37,424 bases of DNA. Source: Anaerolineales bacterium (GTDB taxonomy: Bacteria; Chloroflexota; Anaerolineae; Anaerolineales; UBA6668). The notes below the pieces were generated by a model. That model worked only from the letters and a program-made list of their open reading frames with translations. It ran no database searches and had not been told where the DNA came from. The stretch's first letter is position 1. The number at the start of each line of letters is the position of its first letter. The position numbers were made by a program, and so were the translations under genes. The DNA lies in the NCBI GenBank assembly GCA_020630225.1, contig JAHDBS010000006.1:1-37424 (forward strand). The letters are read 5' to 3'. Positions 24,118 through 33,936 of the stretch are shown in pieces.

Positions 24118-26043
24118 TCAAATATGCGACTTTTTCTTCGCTTTCCAAGCTTGCTTACTCAGCGCTTTTTGAATGCGAGAAAGCGCTAGTATTTGCGCCA
24201 TAATCTCCGTCTGATAGACACTGCCAATGTCAGAAGCGTCACTTTGCGAGTCTTGTTGCAAAAAACGCAACTCTGTCAGCCAACTGGTGACATTATCCTG
24301 CCGAATACGGAGCACTGTGTCAGACAAGTCGCGCAGACGCATTTCAGACTGAAGATTCATATCTTCTAACTCTTCTACTAACGTCTGATAGCGCATAACG
24401 AGAAAACTGTCTAAGTGGTCTTGGACATAGTCTCCTGGCAAGGCCTCGTCTTGTTGCAAAGATGATTGTACTAATTTCAGCAGCAGTTGCAATTCTGTAT
24501 CGCCAAAATCTTCCACAACTAGTGGTGCCAACTTAAGTTCACGCAGCCGCCGATTGATTTTCGGCAAGCTCTCCGGTTCCATGAGCAAGTATGCCAAACA
24601 ATAGCGCTGCGCTGCAGTAGACGTATTACGTTGCGGCTCTTGCGGTGCAATTGGCAGAATGGGGGCCTGCACTGGCTGCTTCTGCTTGCGACGCGTTGGG
24701 CGCTTGGCTGGAGCCTTCCCTTCTGGGAACAAGACTCGCTCATCAATGCGCAGCACGCTTGCCAAACGCTGGCGATAAGTGCCCTGCTCAATAGGATGCG
24801 CAACATCATTGATGAGAGGCATGATCGCATCTGCGATTTCACTCTTGACCTTAGGATCGTCTAAGTTACGCCCTTTGGTCAGTTCCCCAATCATGTAATC
24901 GACAACAGATTGAGCATCGCCAATTAGCGTTTTCCACGCCCCAGGATCTTGTTGAATCAGATCATCTGGATCAAGTCCGTCTGGTAACGGTGCAATCCGG
25001 ATATCAAGCTTGAGTTGCCCATCAGTACGCACCAGCCCAATCGGATCAAACGCGACTTCACGTTCACCAGTCTTACGCGCAACTTCAACGCCCTTAAGCG
25101 TTGCCTTTTGCCCCGCAGCATCAGCATCAAGTGCCATGACTAGCCGTCGGGCATAGCGTTTGACCTGCCCCATTTGCTGGTCTGTCAAAGCTGTCCCCAT
25201 AGAACAGATAACGTTTTCAAAGCCTGCCTGATGCGCGCTGATCACATCCAAGTAACCTTCAACAAGCACAGCAGTGCCATCGACACGGATTGGCTTGCGG
25301 GCTTTATCTAGGCCATAGAGCGTGCGACCTTTGTCGAACAATGCATTTTGCGGCGAGTTCAGGTATTTTGGCTCGTCATCAGGATCAATTGCGCGGGCAC
25401 CAAACCCGACCATTCGTCCACGTTCATCGCGGATCGGGATCATCAGCCGATTACGAAAGCGATCGTAGATACGCCCCGACTCAGGATTCTTTGTTGCTAA
25501 GCCAACCTCAACTAAATCATCTGGGGTGTACCCAAAGTCAGCGAGGTAAGTAATGAGCGCGTCCCAGCTTTTGAGCGAGAAACCAATTTCAAAAGCATCG
25601 ACAGTAGTTGGAGCAAGACCACGCTTTTCAACGTATGCGCGTGCATTGGCTGCATGACTACTTTTCTGGAAAAGATGCTGGAAATACCCAACCGTTTTCT
25701 CCAGCGCTTCACGCAGGCGGTCTTTCTCTTCTGTCTTTTTCTTTTGTTCTGGGGTGTATTCCTGTAAGACAACGCCTGTGACCTTAGCCAAGTATTGCAG
25801 CGTTTCTTTGAAGTCCCAGCCTTCCTTTTTCATTAGGAAGGAAAAGATGTCACCGTTGTCGTTGCAAGCACCAAAGCACTTCCAATAGCCTGTATCTGGC
25901 CAAAGTACAAATGCCGGCGTATTTTTATTGTCGTGGAACGGGCAAAAGCCTGTGTAAGATGATCCAGATCGGCGTAGCTGAACACTCTGCCCAACAATGT
26001 CGAGCACATCTACGCGTTCTTTGATCTCTTGAACAACAGACAT
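24118..26043 (-). CDS. dnaG: DNA primase
   Basis: Zn-finger CPFH...KCFGAC, DRFRNRLM.PI, GFGAR, PKYLNSP, VEGY.DVI, MGTALT, D.D.AGQ.AT, DPDD. Confidence 0.97.
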   Translation of the reverse strand: MSVVQEIKERVDVLDIVGQSVQLRRSGSSYTGFCPFHDNKNTPAFVLWPDTGYWKCFGACNDNGDIFSFLMKKEGWDFKETLQYLAKVTGVVLQEYTPEQKKKTEEKDRLREALEKTVGYFQHLFQKSSHAANARAYVEKRGLAPTTVDAFEIGFSLKSWDALITYLADFGYTPDDLVEVGLATKNPESGRIYDRFRNRLMIPIRDERGRMVGFGARAIDPDDEPKYLNSPQNALFDKGRTLYGLDKARKPIRVDGTAVLVEGYLDVISAHQAGFENVICSMGTALTDQQMGQVKRYARRLVMALDADAAGQKATLKGVEVARKTGEREVAFDPIGLVRTDGQLKLDIRIAPLPDGLDPDDLIQQDPGAWKTLIGDAQSVVDYMIGELTKGRNLDDPKVKSEIADAIMPLINDVAHPIEQGTYRQRLASVLRIDERVLFPEGKAPAKRPTRRKQKQPVQAPILPIAPQEPQRNTSTAAQRYCLAYLLMEPESLPKINRRLRELKLAPLVVEDFGDTELQLLLKLVQSSLQQDEALPGDYVQDHLDSFLVMRYQTLVEELEDMNLQSEMRLRDLSDTVLRIRQDNVTSWLTELRFLQQDSQSDASDIGSVYQTEIMAQILALSRIQKALSKQAWKAKKKSHI

Positions 26044-26062
26044 ATTTCGTGAGTAGTACTAA

Positions 26063-26122
26063 GAGACAGGCAACAGCGCTGACCTTGGAAGCCCAAAGTG
26101 TTTAGCGGCTGTTGCCTGTCTC
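26063..26122. other. Long intergenic stem-loop between glyQS and dnaG
   Basis: Perfect 15-bp inverted repeat GAGACAGGCAACAGC / GCTGTTGCCTGTCTC around a 30-nt interior; no U-tract on either side. Confidence 0.7.
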
Positions 26123-26126
26123 CTCT

Positions 26127-29117
26127 CTAGAATCCTTCTAGTTTAGAGAGGTCAGCAACACCGTTGGCTAGACCAGAGATGTGCTGCAGCAAGGCAAGGT
26201 TGTTATTACGGACCGTTTGGTCTTTATCCATCACCATGACATTGTCAAAGAAAAGGGTGATGGCAGGAACCATATTGCGCAATGTTTCGACCAAGGAATC
26301 GGCAGTTGGTTCTACCAATGCAATAGTTGCATCTGTATAAGCCGCATATAAGCCTTGGGTAGCATCGTGCGTAAACCCAGCTGGATTGAGCACGTGTAAC
26401 GTATCTTCTTTGCGCGTAATGCGAACGCAGCGAGCATAGGCGTCAAGCACCTGCTCCCAGTCTGGCATCAATACATGATCGCCCAGTTGAGCTGCATAGG
26501 TCGCAGCTTTGAATGGATCGCTAGCCGCTTCTGCAAGCACAGCCTCAACCACATCGTGGCGATACCCTGAGTCACGCAAGACAACATGCAAGCGCCCGGC
26601 AATAAAGTTCAGAACACTTTGTTGCACATCGGCAGAGACATCAATTGGCTGAAGCATCGCAGCAGCTGCGACAGCGTCACCAAGATCGAGGTTCAATTGT
26701 TTACCAATCAGCGTTTGTACAATGCCAAGCGCAGCGCGACGCAATCCAAATGGATCTGCATTCCCTGTTGGTTCTAGTCCAGCAGCAAAGAGTCCCACCA
26801 GTGAGTCCAAACGATCCGCAAGCCCCACTACAACAGCAGGCATTGTTTCAGCAATTGCATCACCTGAACCGGCTGGCCAGTAGTGTTGCTCAATCGCTTT
26901 TGCAACGTCAGAGGTTTCTCCACTGCGTAATGCATAGTCACGACCAATGACACCTTGTAAAGATGTCATCTCAACGACCATTTGAGTTGCAAGATCAGCC
27001 TTGGACAACCAAGCGCCACGTTCTGCAATAGCTTGATCTTCAGCAGAGAGGTCTAGCTCTTTGCTGAGCGCTTTAGACAACTCAACCATGCGATCTGTTT
27101 TGTCTAACATGGACCCAAGCTGTTCTTGGAACGTCAGCTTCGTCAATTCTGGCCGGAAGTCAGCCAAGCTTTGGGTGACATCTTCGCGCACAAAGTAGTT
27201 TGCGTCTGCAAAACGCGCGCGGATTACTTGTTCATTACCGTAAATCACCTTATCAAGGTGTTCTGCGTCACCATTACGCACGCCAATGAAGTAAGGTTGA
27301 ATTTCACCGTCTTTGAGGACTGGGAAATAGCGCTGATGCTTGCGCATTACCGCAATCAGCACTTCTTGCGGCAGCTTGAGGAATTCTTCTTCAAACGTGC
27401 CACGGAACGCGGTTGGTGCTTCAATTAGGTTCGTGACTTCAGCTAATAGACCTTCGTCATCGGGAATAACGCCCCCAACTTCAGCAGCTAGCTTACTTGC
27501 TTCAGCTTGCACAAACGCCCGCCGATCATCCACATCACCCATAATGTGATTGGCTTGCAACGCAGCTGCATACTCACTTGCCGCCGCAATTGTGAATTCT
27601 GGGCTGCTAAGTGGTCGGATCCCTTTGCTCATTCGACCAGCAACTAAAGTGGCATATTCAAACGGCACAACATCCGCGCCTAAAAGTGACACAATCCAGC
27701 GGATTGGGCGCGAAAAGGCCGTGTTATTGCCCCCAACCCAACGCATGGTGCGCTTGAATTTGAGCGCTGCAATGACTGCAGGGCCAAGAGCAGCCAACAC
27801 TTCTGTAGCCGACTTGCCTGGTTTGTTCACAACTGCAAAGACATAATCATTGCCTTTGACTTCACGCTTGACCAAGTTTTCAATAGCAACGCCTTTGCCC
27901 CGCGCAAAGCCTTGAACTGCTTTAGTTGGATTACCGTCTGCATCAAATGCCCGATCCCAAGAGGGGCCGCGCGATTCTTCAGTCGCATCTGGCTGACGTG
28001 CCGCGAGATGATGCACCAAGACGCCTAGACGGCGTGGTGTTGCAAAATATTCAATCTCGCCATGAGCTAAGCGATTTTCAGCAAGCAAGTTAGGCACCAA
28101 CGTTTCAAGCTGTGCGAGCGCATCATCGACGTTGGATGCTGGCAATTCCTCGACCCCAATTTCTAACAGGTAGTCTTGGACAGCGTCGCTGGCAGCAGGT
28201 AATTCAGGAACAGATGGTGTTGCCACTGCTGGCATTTTGTCCATCCAAGGAAACCCAAGCTCTTCGCGTTGCGCAACATATGCTTGTGACACTTTGCGTG
28301 ACAAGTTCCGCATCCGGCGGAAGTAATTAGCACGTTCAGTTACGCCCACAGCCCCTCGTGTATCAAGGACATTGAAGGTGTGTGAGCACTTCAAGACGTT
28401 GTCGTGCGCAGGCAAAATTAGGCCGCGTTCAAGCGCTGCTAAACATTCGGCCTCGGCAATATCAAAGACAGTGCGCATGCGCTCAACGTCTGCAATTTCG
28501 AAGTTGTAGGCGCTGTGTTCTTGCTCTGACTGTAAGTTGACATCGCCATAGGTAAAGGTGTCTGTCCACTTAATGTCTCGGAAATTGTTTACGCCTTGTA
28601 ACGCAATCGCAATCCGTTCAAGCCCATAGGTAATTTCAACTGCAGGTGATTCGAGCTGCATCCCACCTGCTTGTTGGAAGTAAGTGAACTGCGTAATTTC
28701 TTGACCATCAAGCCAGACTTCCCAACCAAGCCCCCACGCGCCAAGCGCTGGTGACTCCCAGTTGTCTTCTACAAAGCGAATATCATGTTCTCGCCGATTG
28801 ATCCCCACCGCTTCTAAAGACTGCAAATATAGCTCTTGCGGGTTGCCAGGATCTGGCTGCAAAATCACCTGATATTGATAATGCTGATTGAGACGATTCG
28901 GGTTTTCTCCATAACGCCCATCATCAGGTCGAACTGATGGTTCAACGTATGCGACGCTCCAAGGCTCTGGCCCCAACACGCGCAAGACCGTTGCGGGGTT
29001 CATTGTGCCCGCCCCAACCTGATGGTTATAAGGCTGCCAAATGAGACAGCCTTGTTCCGCCCAAAATTTTTCTAGACGGATAATAATTTCTTGAAAGGTG
29101 ATTGCTTTTTCAGACAT
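26127..29117 (-). CDS. glyQS: Glycine--tRNA ligase, fused alpha+beta subunits (996 aa)
   Basis: Alpha motifs [58 protein letters not shown]; Pro/Ala linker; beta motifs LLEIG.EELP, TPRRL, RPIRW, HQRYFP, GNE.V.RARF.DA, K.DL.T.MV.E...LQG, DPF.LRR. Start set at ATG 29117 (MSEKAIT). Confidence 0.96.
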   Translation of the reverse strand: MSEKAITFQEIIIRLEKFWAEQGCLIWQPYNHQVGAGTMNPATVLRVLGPEPWSVAYVEPSVRPDDGRYGENPNRLNQHYQYQVILQPDPGNPQELYLQSLEAVGINRREHDIRFVEDNWESPALGAWGLGWEVWLDGQEITQFTYFQQAGGMQLESPAVEITYGLERIAIALQGVNNFRDIKWTDTFTYGDVNLQSEQEHSAYNFEIADVERMRTVFDIAEAECLAALERGLILPAHDNVLKCSHTFNVLDTRGAVGVTERANYFRRMRNLSRKVSQAYVAQREELGFPWMDKMPAVATPSVPELPAASDAVQDYLLEIGVEELPASNVDDALAQLETLVPNLLAENRLAHGEIEYFATPRRLGVLVHHLAARQPDATEESRGPSWDRAFDADGNPTKAVQGFARGKGVAIENLVKREVKGNDYVFAVVNKPGKSATEVLAALGPAVIAALKFKRTMRWVGGNNTAFSRPIRWIVSLLGADVVPFEYATLVAGRMSKGIRPLSSPEFTIAAASEYAAALQANHIMGDVDDRRAFVQAEASKLAAEVGGVIPDDEGLLAEVTNLIEAPTAFRGTFEEEFLKLPQEVLIAVMRKHQRYFPVLKDGEIQPYFIGVRNGDAEHLDKVIYGNEQVIRARFADANYFVREDVTQSLADFRPELTKLTFQEQLGSMLDKTDRMVELSKALSKELDLSAEDQAIAERGAWLSKADLATQMVVEMTSLQGVIGRDYALRSGETSDVAKAIEQHYWPAGSGDAIAETMPAVVVGLADRLDSLVGLFAAGLEPTGNADPFGLRRAALGIVQTLIGKQLNLDLGDAVAAAAMLQPIDVSADVQQSVLNFIAGRLHVVLRDSGYRHDVVEAVLAEAASDPFKAATYAAQLGDHVLMPDWEQVLDAYARCVRITRKEDTLHVLNPAGFTHDATQGLYAAYTDATIALVEPTADSLVETLRNMVPAITLFFDNVMVMDKDQTVRNNNLALLQHISGLANGVADLSKLEGF

Positions 29118-29180
29118 GAATATTAAATACCCTAGCAAGGGTGTTAGATTTTTTTGGTCTTTTATTGTATCGGGGATTGA

Positions 29181-29215
29181 CGCGAATGCGTAAGGGGTAA
29201 TGTGTAATTTATAAC
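29181..29215. repeat. Solo arm of the GTAA heptamer element
   Basis: CGCGAAT GCGTAAG GGGTAAT GTGTAAT TTATAAC; same ACGCGAATG lead-in as copy A at about 5395. Confidence 0.7.
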
Positions 29216-29251
29216 AACTAACTGTTTGTCAAATCACACAAGAGCAGACCT

Positions 29252-30013
29252 CTAAGAAAGATAGCGTTCGCTCCATGCCGCAATGACATTACCAGTGTAA
29301 ACGGCATCTGCATCATCAGAAAGCAGATGGTCAGCATCATCTAGGGTAATAAAGCTCTTTGGGTGTAATGCTGCCCCAAAGATTTCGCCAGCATTTTCAA
29401 TACCAACGGTATTGTCGATGGGCGAATGCATGACTAATAAGGCGCGACGCAGTTCACGGATGAAATCGGTCATGCGATATTGTGCGAGATCATCTACAAA
29501 TTGCTTTTTGATGCGGAACCGCCGGCCAGCTAATACAATATCCGCTTCGCCACGCGCCTCAATTTCGTGTAGATGGCTATCCACCAAGTGCAACACGTGC
29601 GACGCTTGAGAAGGCGCACCTATAGTCACAATTGCGCGGCAACTTTCTACATGTTTCGCAGCTTGCAAGACAGCAGCCCCACCTAACGAGTGTCCAATTA
29701 GCACCTGAGGTGCACGTGCAATGCTCTCCATGTAAGCAACTGCTGCCAACAAGTCCTCAATATTTGAAGACACATTGGTATCAGAAAAATCGCCTTTACT
29801 ATGTCCTAAGCCGGTGAAATCAAAGCGTAAAACTGCAACTCCATTGTTAGTCAGTGCTTGCGCAATGCGTCCGACAGCGCGCAAATTTTTACTACATGTA
29901 AAACAATGCGCAAATAAGGCATACGCTCTAGGTTGCTCATCATCAGGCAATTCAAAGCGCCCTGAAAGCTCAACACTCTGACTACCCGGAAAGGTTACAA
30001 ACTCTGTTTTCAT
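29252..30013 (-). CDS. Alpha/beta hydrolase (homolog of the N-terminal domain of alpha/beta hydrolase-OsmC fusion proteins)
   Basis: YALFAHCFTC.K, LRFDFTGLG.S.G.F, nucleophile elbow GHSLGG, HSP.D..V, HPKSF..LD.ADHLL; ATGA overlap with the recO stop. Confidence 0.88.
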   Translation of the reverse strand: MKTEFVTFPGSQSVELSGRFELPDDEQPRAYALFAHCFTCSKNLRAVGRIAQALTNNGVAVLRFDFTGLGHSKGDFSDTNVSSNIEDLLAAVAYMESIARAPQVLIGHSLGGAAVLQAAKHVESCRAIVTIGAPSQASHVLHLVDSHLHEIEARGEADIVLAGRRFRIKKQFVDDLAQYRMTDFIRELRRALLVMHSPIDNTVGIENAGEIFGAALHPKSFITLDDADHLLSDDADAVYTGNVIAAWSERYLS

Positions 30014-30798
30014 TCTTTGTCTTTAGGCTGGAAACTTGCTGTCATTTGCCGCACTTTATGCAGGAAGTCTGCTGATTTCAAGCGTCGCTCAAGCAAAGCT
30101 GCAATGTATTTGGTCATCACTTGCTCAACTTCGCGCGCCACAGGTTTCCGAAGCGACAACTGCTCAATTTGTTGATATTGGCTACGCTGTAGAAAACGTA
30201 ATACCTTCAGTGCATCAACTGAAATGGGAAATGCGCCAATTTGAGTAGCACCGTAATTTGGACGCACCACCCCACCCGCGATTGGGTCAAAAAACTGATC
30301 CTCCGGTTGGATGTCCTCTCCACTTACAACACAGTGTGTAAGCTCGGGACGAAACCCAACCTGATTGAGCAACTGCAATTCATAGAAATGCGTCATCAAC
30401 ATCGGATTGCTCGTATCGCAATTCCAACGCATGGCACTTGCTAACAATACATATTGCTCTGGATTAGCGTCGTCTTCAATGGTGAAGCGTTCTAGCAGCT
30501 CGACAAAATATTGTGCATAGCTCAGCCGCAACAGATCTTCTCGCAAGCAACGATAAGTTTCTATGGTCTCAGCTTGGGTAACTATATGCCAGTCGCGCCC
30601 TTTCGCAAGCAATAAGTCGACGCGGTTGTAAAGGTCGAGGTGTCCAGCTTTGCGACTATGCATTCTACGCACCCCCTTAGCCATAAGCTTTAGCTTGCCA
30701 TATTCAGGGGTCAACACCGTCAGCATGCGATCAGCTTCACGGAATTCTTTTTGACGAAGCACAATGGCTTCAGTGCGAATGGTACGTTGGCGAGACAA
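30010..30798 (-). CDS. recO: DNA repair protein RecO
   Basis: EAIVLR...F.EADR.L..LT...GK....AKGVRR..SR..G.L; GFRPEL..CV..G. TTG start. Confidence 0.93.
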   Translation of the reverse strand: MSRQRTIRTEAIVLRQKEFREADRMLTVLTPEYGKLKLMAKGVRRMHSRKAGHLDLYNRVDLLLAKGRDWHIVTQAETIETYRCLREDLLRLSYAQYFVELLERFTIEDDANPEQYVLLASAMRWNCDTSNPMLMTHFYELQLLNQVGFRPELTHCVVSGEDIQPEDQFFDPIAGGVVRPNYGATQIGAFPISVDALKVLRFLQRSQYQQIEQLSLRKPVAREVEQVMTKYIAALLERRLKSADFLHKVRQMTASFQPKDKE

Positions 30799-30825
30799 AG
30801 CGCGAGTAATCAGTAACGCGTCAGG

Positions 30826-31215
30826 TTATAAATTCTCTGGGCCGAATGAGTCAACTAAAAGTTGATCAAGTCTTAGCGTATGGCGAATGTTACCTTCAAG
30901 ATCGGCCATGATAACTTCGATTTGCGGCGCAAATTCAGTCATGACTTGGCGACATACACCACAAGGTGACACAGCACCTTTTGAGACAACTGCAATTTTC
31001 ACATAGTCTCGTTTGCCTTCAGAGACAGCTTTGAAGACCGCTGTGCGTTCAGCGCAGTTGGTTGGTGAATAGGCGGCATTTTCAATATTGACACCAGTAA
31101 TTACTTCACCAGCAACGGTCAGCAGCGCTGCGCCTACCTTGAAATTAGAATATGGCGCATAGCAATATTGCGTCGCATCAATTGCGGCTTGAACGAGCTC
31201 TTGATCAGTAATCAC
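30826..31215 (-). CDS. cdd: Cytidine deaminase (homotetrameric type)
   Basis: YAPYS.F.VGAALL, G.NIENAAY...CAERTA, SPCG.CRQV..EF. GTG start. Confidence 0.96.
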   Translation of the reverse strand: MITDQELVQAAIDATQYCYAPYSNFKVGAALLTVAGEVITGVNIENAAYSPTNCAERTAVFKAVSEGKRDYVKIAVVSKGAVSPCGVCRQVMTEFAPQIEVIMADLEGNIRHTLRLDQLLVDSFGPENL

Positions 31216-31217
31216 AG

Positions 31218-32570
31218 CTAGCTTTCTTTACGCTTTTTGATGACACGAGCTGGCACACCAACTGCAGTCGCATCTTCAGGAACATTTTTCGTCACGACAG
31301 ATCCAGCACCAGTTCGAGCACGATCACCAATGGTCAGCGGAGCAACTAACATTGAGTCGCTACCAATGAAAGCATCCTTACCAATTTCAGTGCGATGCTT
31401 TGTTTTATCAGAGGCAAAGTTACAGGTAATTGTGCCAGCGCCAATGTTGGTGTTTTCACCAATAGTGGCATCGCCAATATAGGAAAAGTGCCCGACTTTC
31501 ACCCCTGGGCCAAGGTATGACTTCTTGACTTCGCCAAAATTGCCCATGTGCACGCCGTCAGCCAAGTGTGCGCCTTTGCGTAAGTGGCCAAACGGGCCGA
31601 TATCCACATGGTTTTCCATGGTGGCCTCTTCTAGAACGGAGGCTTCAATCTCACAATAGTTACCAATTGTGCAGTCGCGAATAATGGTGTTTGGGCCAAC
31701 TGTACAATTTTCACCAATTGCCGTTGCCCCTTCAATATGCGTATTCGGCAAAATGACAGTGTCAGTCCCAATCGTGCTATCAAGGCTGATGTAAGTAGTG
31801 TCAGGGTCGACTAACGTGACTCCAGCGTCCATCCAATACTGATTAGTGCGCTGACGGAGCAATTTTTCAGCTTCAGCCAAGTGCACACGTGTATTAATCC
31901 CAATTGCTTCAGTGTTATCTTCCAGAATGACGGCCTCTACGCGCGATCCTTGCCCAACGGCCATTGCAATCAGGTCTGTCAGGTAGTACTCACCCTTTGG
32001 AGACTTTTCAATGTTATGTAGGTTCTCCCACAGCCATGCTGCATCAAAGCAATACACGCCGACATTCAATTCTTTAATTTCCAATTGCGCTGGCGTACAG
32101 TCTGCATGTTCAACAATGGCAGCAACACTTTGGTTGGTTTGGCGAACGATGCGGCCAAATCCGCGCGGATTTTCCGCAATAATTGTAGACATTGTGATTG
32201 GGCCTGAATTCTTCGCCTGCGTGTCGATGACAGATTGCAGCGTCTCTGCCGTGAGTAATGGCATATCTGCAGCCCAAACTAGCACTTGATCAACCTGTCC
32301 TTTTAACAAGTCTTCTGTTTGCATCACAGCATGTCCCGTTCCGAGTTGGTCGGCTTGGAGCGCAAATTGGGCGGTGTCACCTAAAGCAGCCTTCACATCG
32401 TCAGCGCCGTGGCCAACAATGACCACTGGTGTGGCATCCCCGACAGCCGTTGCGAGATTGACCGCATGTTGTACAAGCGGCTTGCCTGCTACTTTATGTA
32501 GCACCTTTGGCAGCTTAGATTTCATGCGGGTTCCTTTGCCCGCCGCCATAATTACAGTTGCAATTGTCAT
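31218..32570 (-). CDS. glmU: Bifunctional UDP-GlcNAc pyrophosphorylase / glucosamine-1-phosphate N-acetyltransferase
   Basis: MAAGKGTRMKS.LPKVLH, Q..QLGTGHAV, EYYLTD, hexapeptide repeats, GNFGEVK, HFSYIGDA.IG...NIGAGTITCN, FIGSDS.LVAP. Confidence 0.97.
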   Translation of the reverse strand: MTIATVIMAAGKGTRMKSKLPKVLHKVAGKPLVQHAVNLATAVGDATPVVIVGHGADDVKAALGDTAQFALQADQLGTGHAVMQTEDLLKGQVDQVLVWAADMPLLTAETLQSVIDTQAKNSGPITMSTIIAENPRGFGRIVRQTNQSVAAIVEHADCTPAQLEIKELNVGVYCFDAAWLWENLHNIEKSPKGEYYLTDLIAMAVGQGSRVEAVILEDNTEAIGINTRVHLAEAEKLLRQRTNQYWMDAGVTLVDPDTTYISLDSTIGTDTVILPNTHIEGATAIGENCTVGPNTIIRDCTIGNYCEIEASVLEEATMENHVDIGPFGHLRKGAHLADGVHMGNFGEVKKSYLGPGVKVGHFSYIGDATIGENTNIGAGTITCNFASDKTKHRTEIGKDAFIGSDSMLVAPLTIGDRARTGAGSVVTKNVPEDATAVGVPARVIKKRKES

Positions 32571-32576
32571 AGTGAT

Positions 32577-32690
32577 GTGTCAGCTGTTAGCTGCTGACTA
32601 ACAGTACGAGTTGATAAATTTTGGGTTTTAGAAATGCATCGCAATAATGGCGTAAGCTAAACACTCACACCTGATCGCTGATACCTAAAT
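32577..32690. repeat. Degenerate heptamer-armed element (TCAG/CTGA core)
   Basis: Left GTGTCAG CTGTTAG; right GCTAAAC ACTCACA CCTGATC GCTGATA CCTAAAT. Confidence 0.45.
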
Positions 32691-32697
32691 TTAGCAT

Positions 32698-32734
32698 AAA
32701 AAAAGCCCCACACAACTGAATTGCATGGGGCTTT
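32698..32734 (-). terminator. Intrinsic terminator after tRNA-Gln
   Basis: Minus strand AGCCCCAUGCAA-UUCAG-UUGUGUGGGGCU followed by a U-run. Confidence 0.85.
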
Positions 32735-32744
32735 ACATACTACG

Positions 32745-32815
32745 CTGATCTACCTGGATTCGAACCAAGACCGACTGTTCCAAAGACAGCTGTGCTACCA
32801 TTACACCATAGATCA
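32745..32815 (-). tRNA. tRNA-Gln(UUG), CCA not encoded
   Basis: Cloverleaf: acceptor TGATCTA/TAGATCA with U1-A72, D arm GTGT-AATGGTA-GCAC, anticodon arm GCTGT-CT TTG GA-ACAGT, T arm CTTGG-TTCGAAT-CCAGG, discriminator G. Confidence 0.97.
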
Positions 32816-32826
32816 GAGCGACCCAA

Positions 32827-32835
32827 ATTTTAGCA
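32827..32835 (-). promoter_or_regulatory. Putative extended -10 promoter of tRNA-Gln
   Basis: Minus strand TGCTAAAAT (TGn-TAAAAT), 11 nt upstream of the tRNA. Confidence 0.55.
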
Positions 32836-32885
32836 CAGTTTGATCTGAAAACAAAAACAATTCGTAGAAATTGGTAACTTAATCG

Positions 32886-32916
32886 CAAAGCGGGCTTCTT
32901 GATGAAGCCCGCTTTG
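32886..32916. terminator. Terminator-like hairpin after the ABC transporter operon
   Basis: Perfect 13-bp inverted repeat CAAAGCGGGCTTC-TTGAT-GAAGCCCGCTTTG. Confidence 0.75.
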
Positions 32917-32935
32917 TCTTTTGTTATTCAACTAT

Positions 32936-33934
32936 CTATTCCACAGGGACTTTGTAGCAAGCAACCTGCATACCATTGCCCTTCACTTCCAAAGGTGGAT
33001 GATCATGCGTTTTGCAATGTTCATCACGGATCGGACAGCGGGCATAGAAACGACACTGTGGCTGCGGATCAATTGCTTTACTAATCCCACCTTCAATTTG
33101 CACAGCATCACGCTTGATACGCGGATCAGGAATTGGCACTGCCGACAGCAGCGCTTTTGTGTATGGATGCCGTGGATTACTCAGCAATTCTTCCGTTGGG
33201 CCAATTTCAACGATCTTACCAAGGTACATGACCGCAATTCGGTCACACATATACCGCGCTACAGCCAAGTCATGCGTAATGTAGAGGTAAGTTACGTTGA
33301 GGCGTTCCGCAAGGTCTTGCATCAACTTCATCACACCCGTACGGATGGAGACGTCAAGCATAGACGTTGGTTCATCTGCCACAACGAAGGCTGGTTCAAT
33401 TACCAGTGCCCGTGCAATTGCCACCCGTTGGCGTTGCCCACCAGACAATTCGTGCGGATAGCGGAACATAAAGCTAGAAGCAGGGGTTAGACCCACCATT
33501 TCTAAGAATTCAGCAACACGCTCTTCACGCTCAGAGATCGTGCCAATGTCCTGAACTGCCAGCGGCTCACCAACAATATCAAAAATTGTCATCCGCGGGT
33601 TCATTGACTCGTACGGATCTTGGAAAATCATCTGGACATTACGACGGAAATCTTTGCGCGAATTCCGATCAATGTTGCTCACGTTGATATAACTATCGCC
33701 AACTTGCAACTTGACTGAGCCGTCAGAAGGTTCAAACAATTTGACCAACATCTTGCCTGTTGTGCTTTTCCCACAACCAGACTCACCTACCAAGCCCAGA
33801 CTTTCACCGTGCCCAATTTCGAAATTGAGGCCATCCACAGCATGGTTAAAACTAGATGGTTTACGGAATACACCGCCATCAATTGGGTAGAGCTTGCGCA
33901 GCCCTTCAACTTTGATCAATGGTTGGTTACTCAT
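32936..33934 (-). CDS. Opp/Dpp-family peptide ABC transporter ATP-binding subunit (OppF/DppF-like)
   Basis: [59 protein letters not shown]. Start set at ATG 33934, 2 nt after the upstream stop. Confidence 0.93.
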   Translation of the reverse strand: MSNQPLIKVEGLRKLYPIDGGVFRKPSSFNHAVDGLNFEIGHGESLGLVGESGCGKSTTGKMLVKLFEPSDGSVKLQVGDSYINVSNIDRNSRKDFRRNVQMIFQDPYESMNPRMTIFDIVGEPLAVQDIGTISEREERVAEFLEMVGLTPASSFMFRYPHELSGGQRQRVAIARALVIEPAFVVADEPTSMLDVSIRTGVMKLMQDLAERLNVTYLYITHDLAVARYMCDRIAVMYLGKIVEIGPTEELLSNPRHPYTKALLSAVPIPDPRIKRDAVQIEGGISKAIDPQPQCRFYARCPIRDEHCKTHDHPPLEVKGNGMQVACYKVPVE

Positions 33935-33936
33935 GA

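Noticed and set aside
23939-24203. Small ORFs in the dnaG-rpoD gap (69 aa minus, 74 aa plus)
   Set aside because: They overlap dnaG and the predicted rpoD promoter, with no SD or protein-like features.
29118-29251. T-box riboswitch upstream of glyQS
   Set aside because: The gap is only 134 nt and has no GGTGGNACCGCG T-box motif or terminator.
29252-30013. Alpha/beta hydrolase as a truncated pseudogene of a hydrolase-OsmC fusion
   Set aside because: The hydrolase domain is complete, with Ser/Asp/His motifs and a natural end (W..RYL), and there is no OsmC remnant downstream.
32690-32830. tRNA-Gln as an integration site (att) for a mobile element
   Set aside because: I found no duplicate of the tRNA 3' end and no integrase; tRNA-Gln next to glmU is an ordinary arrangement.
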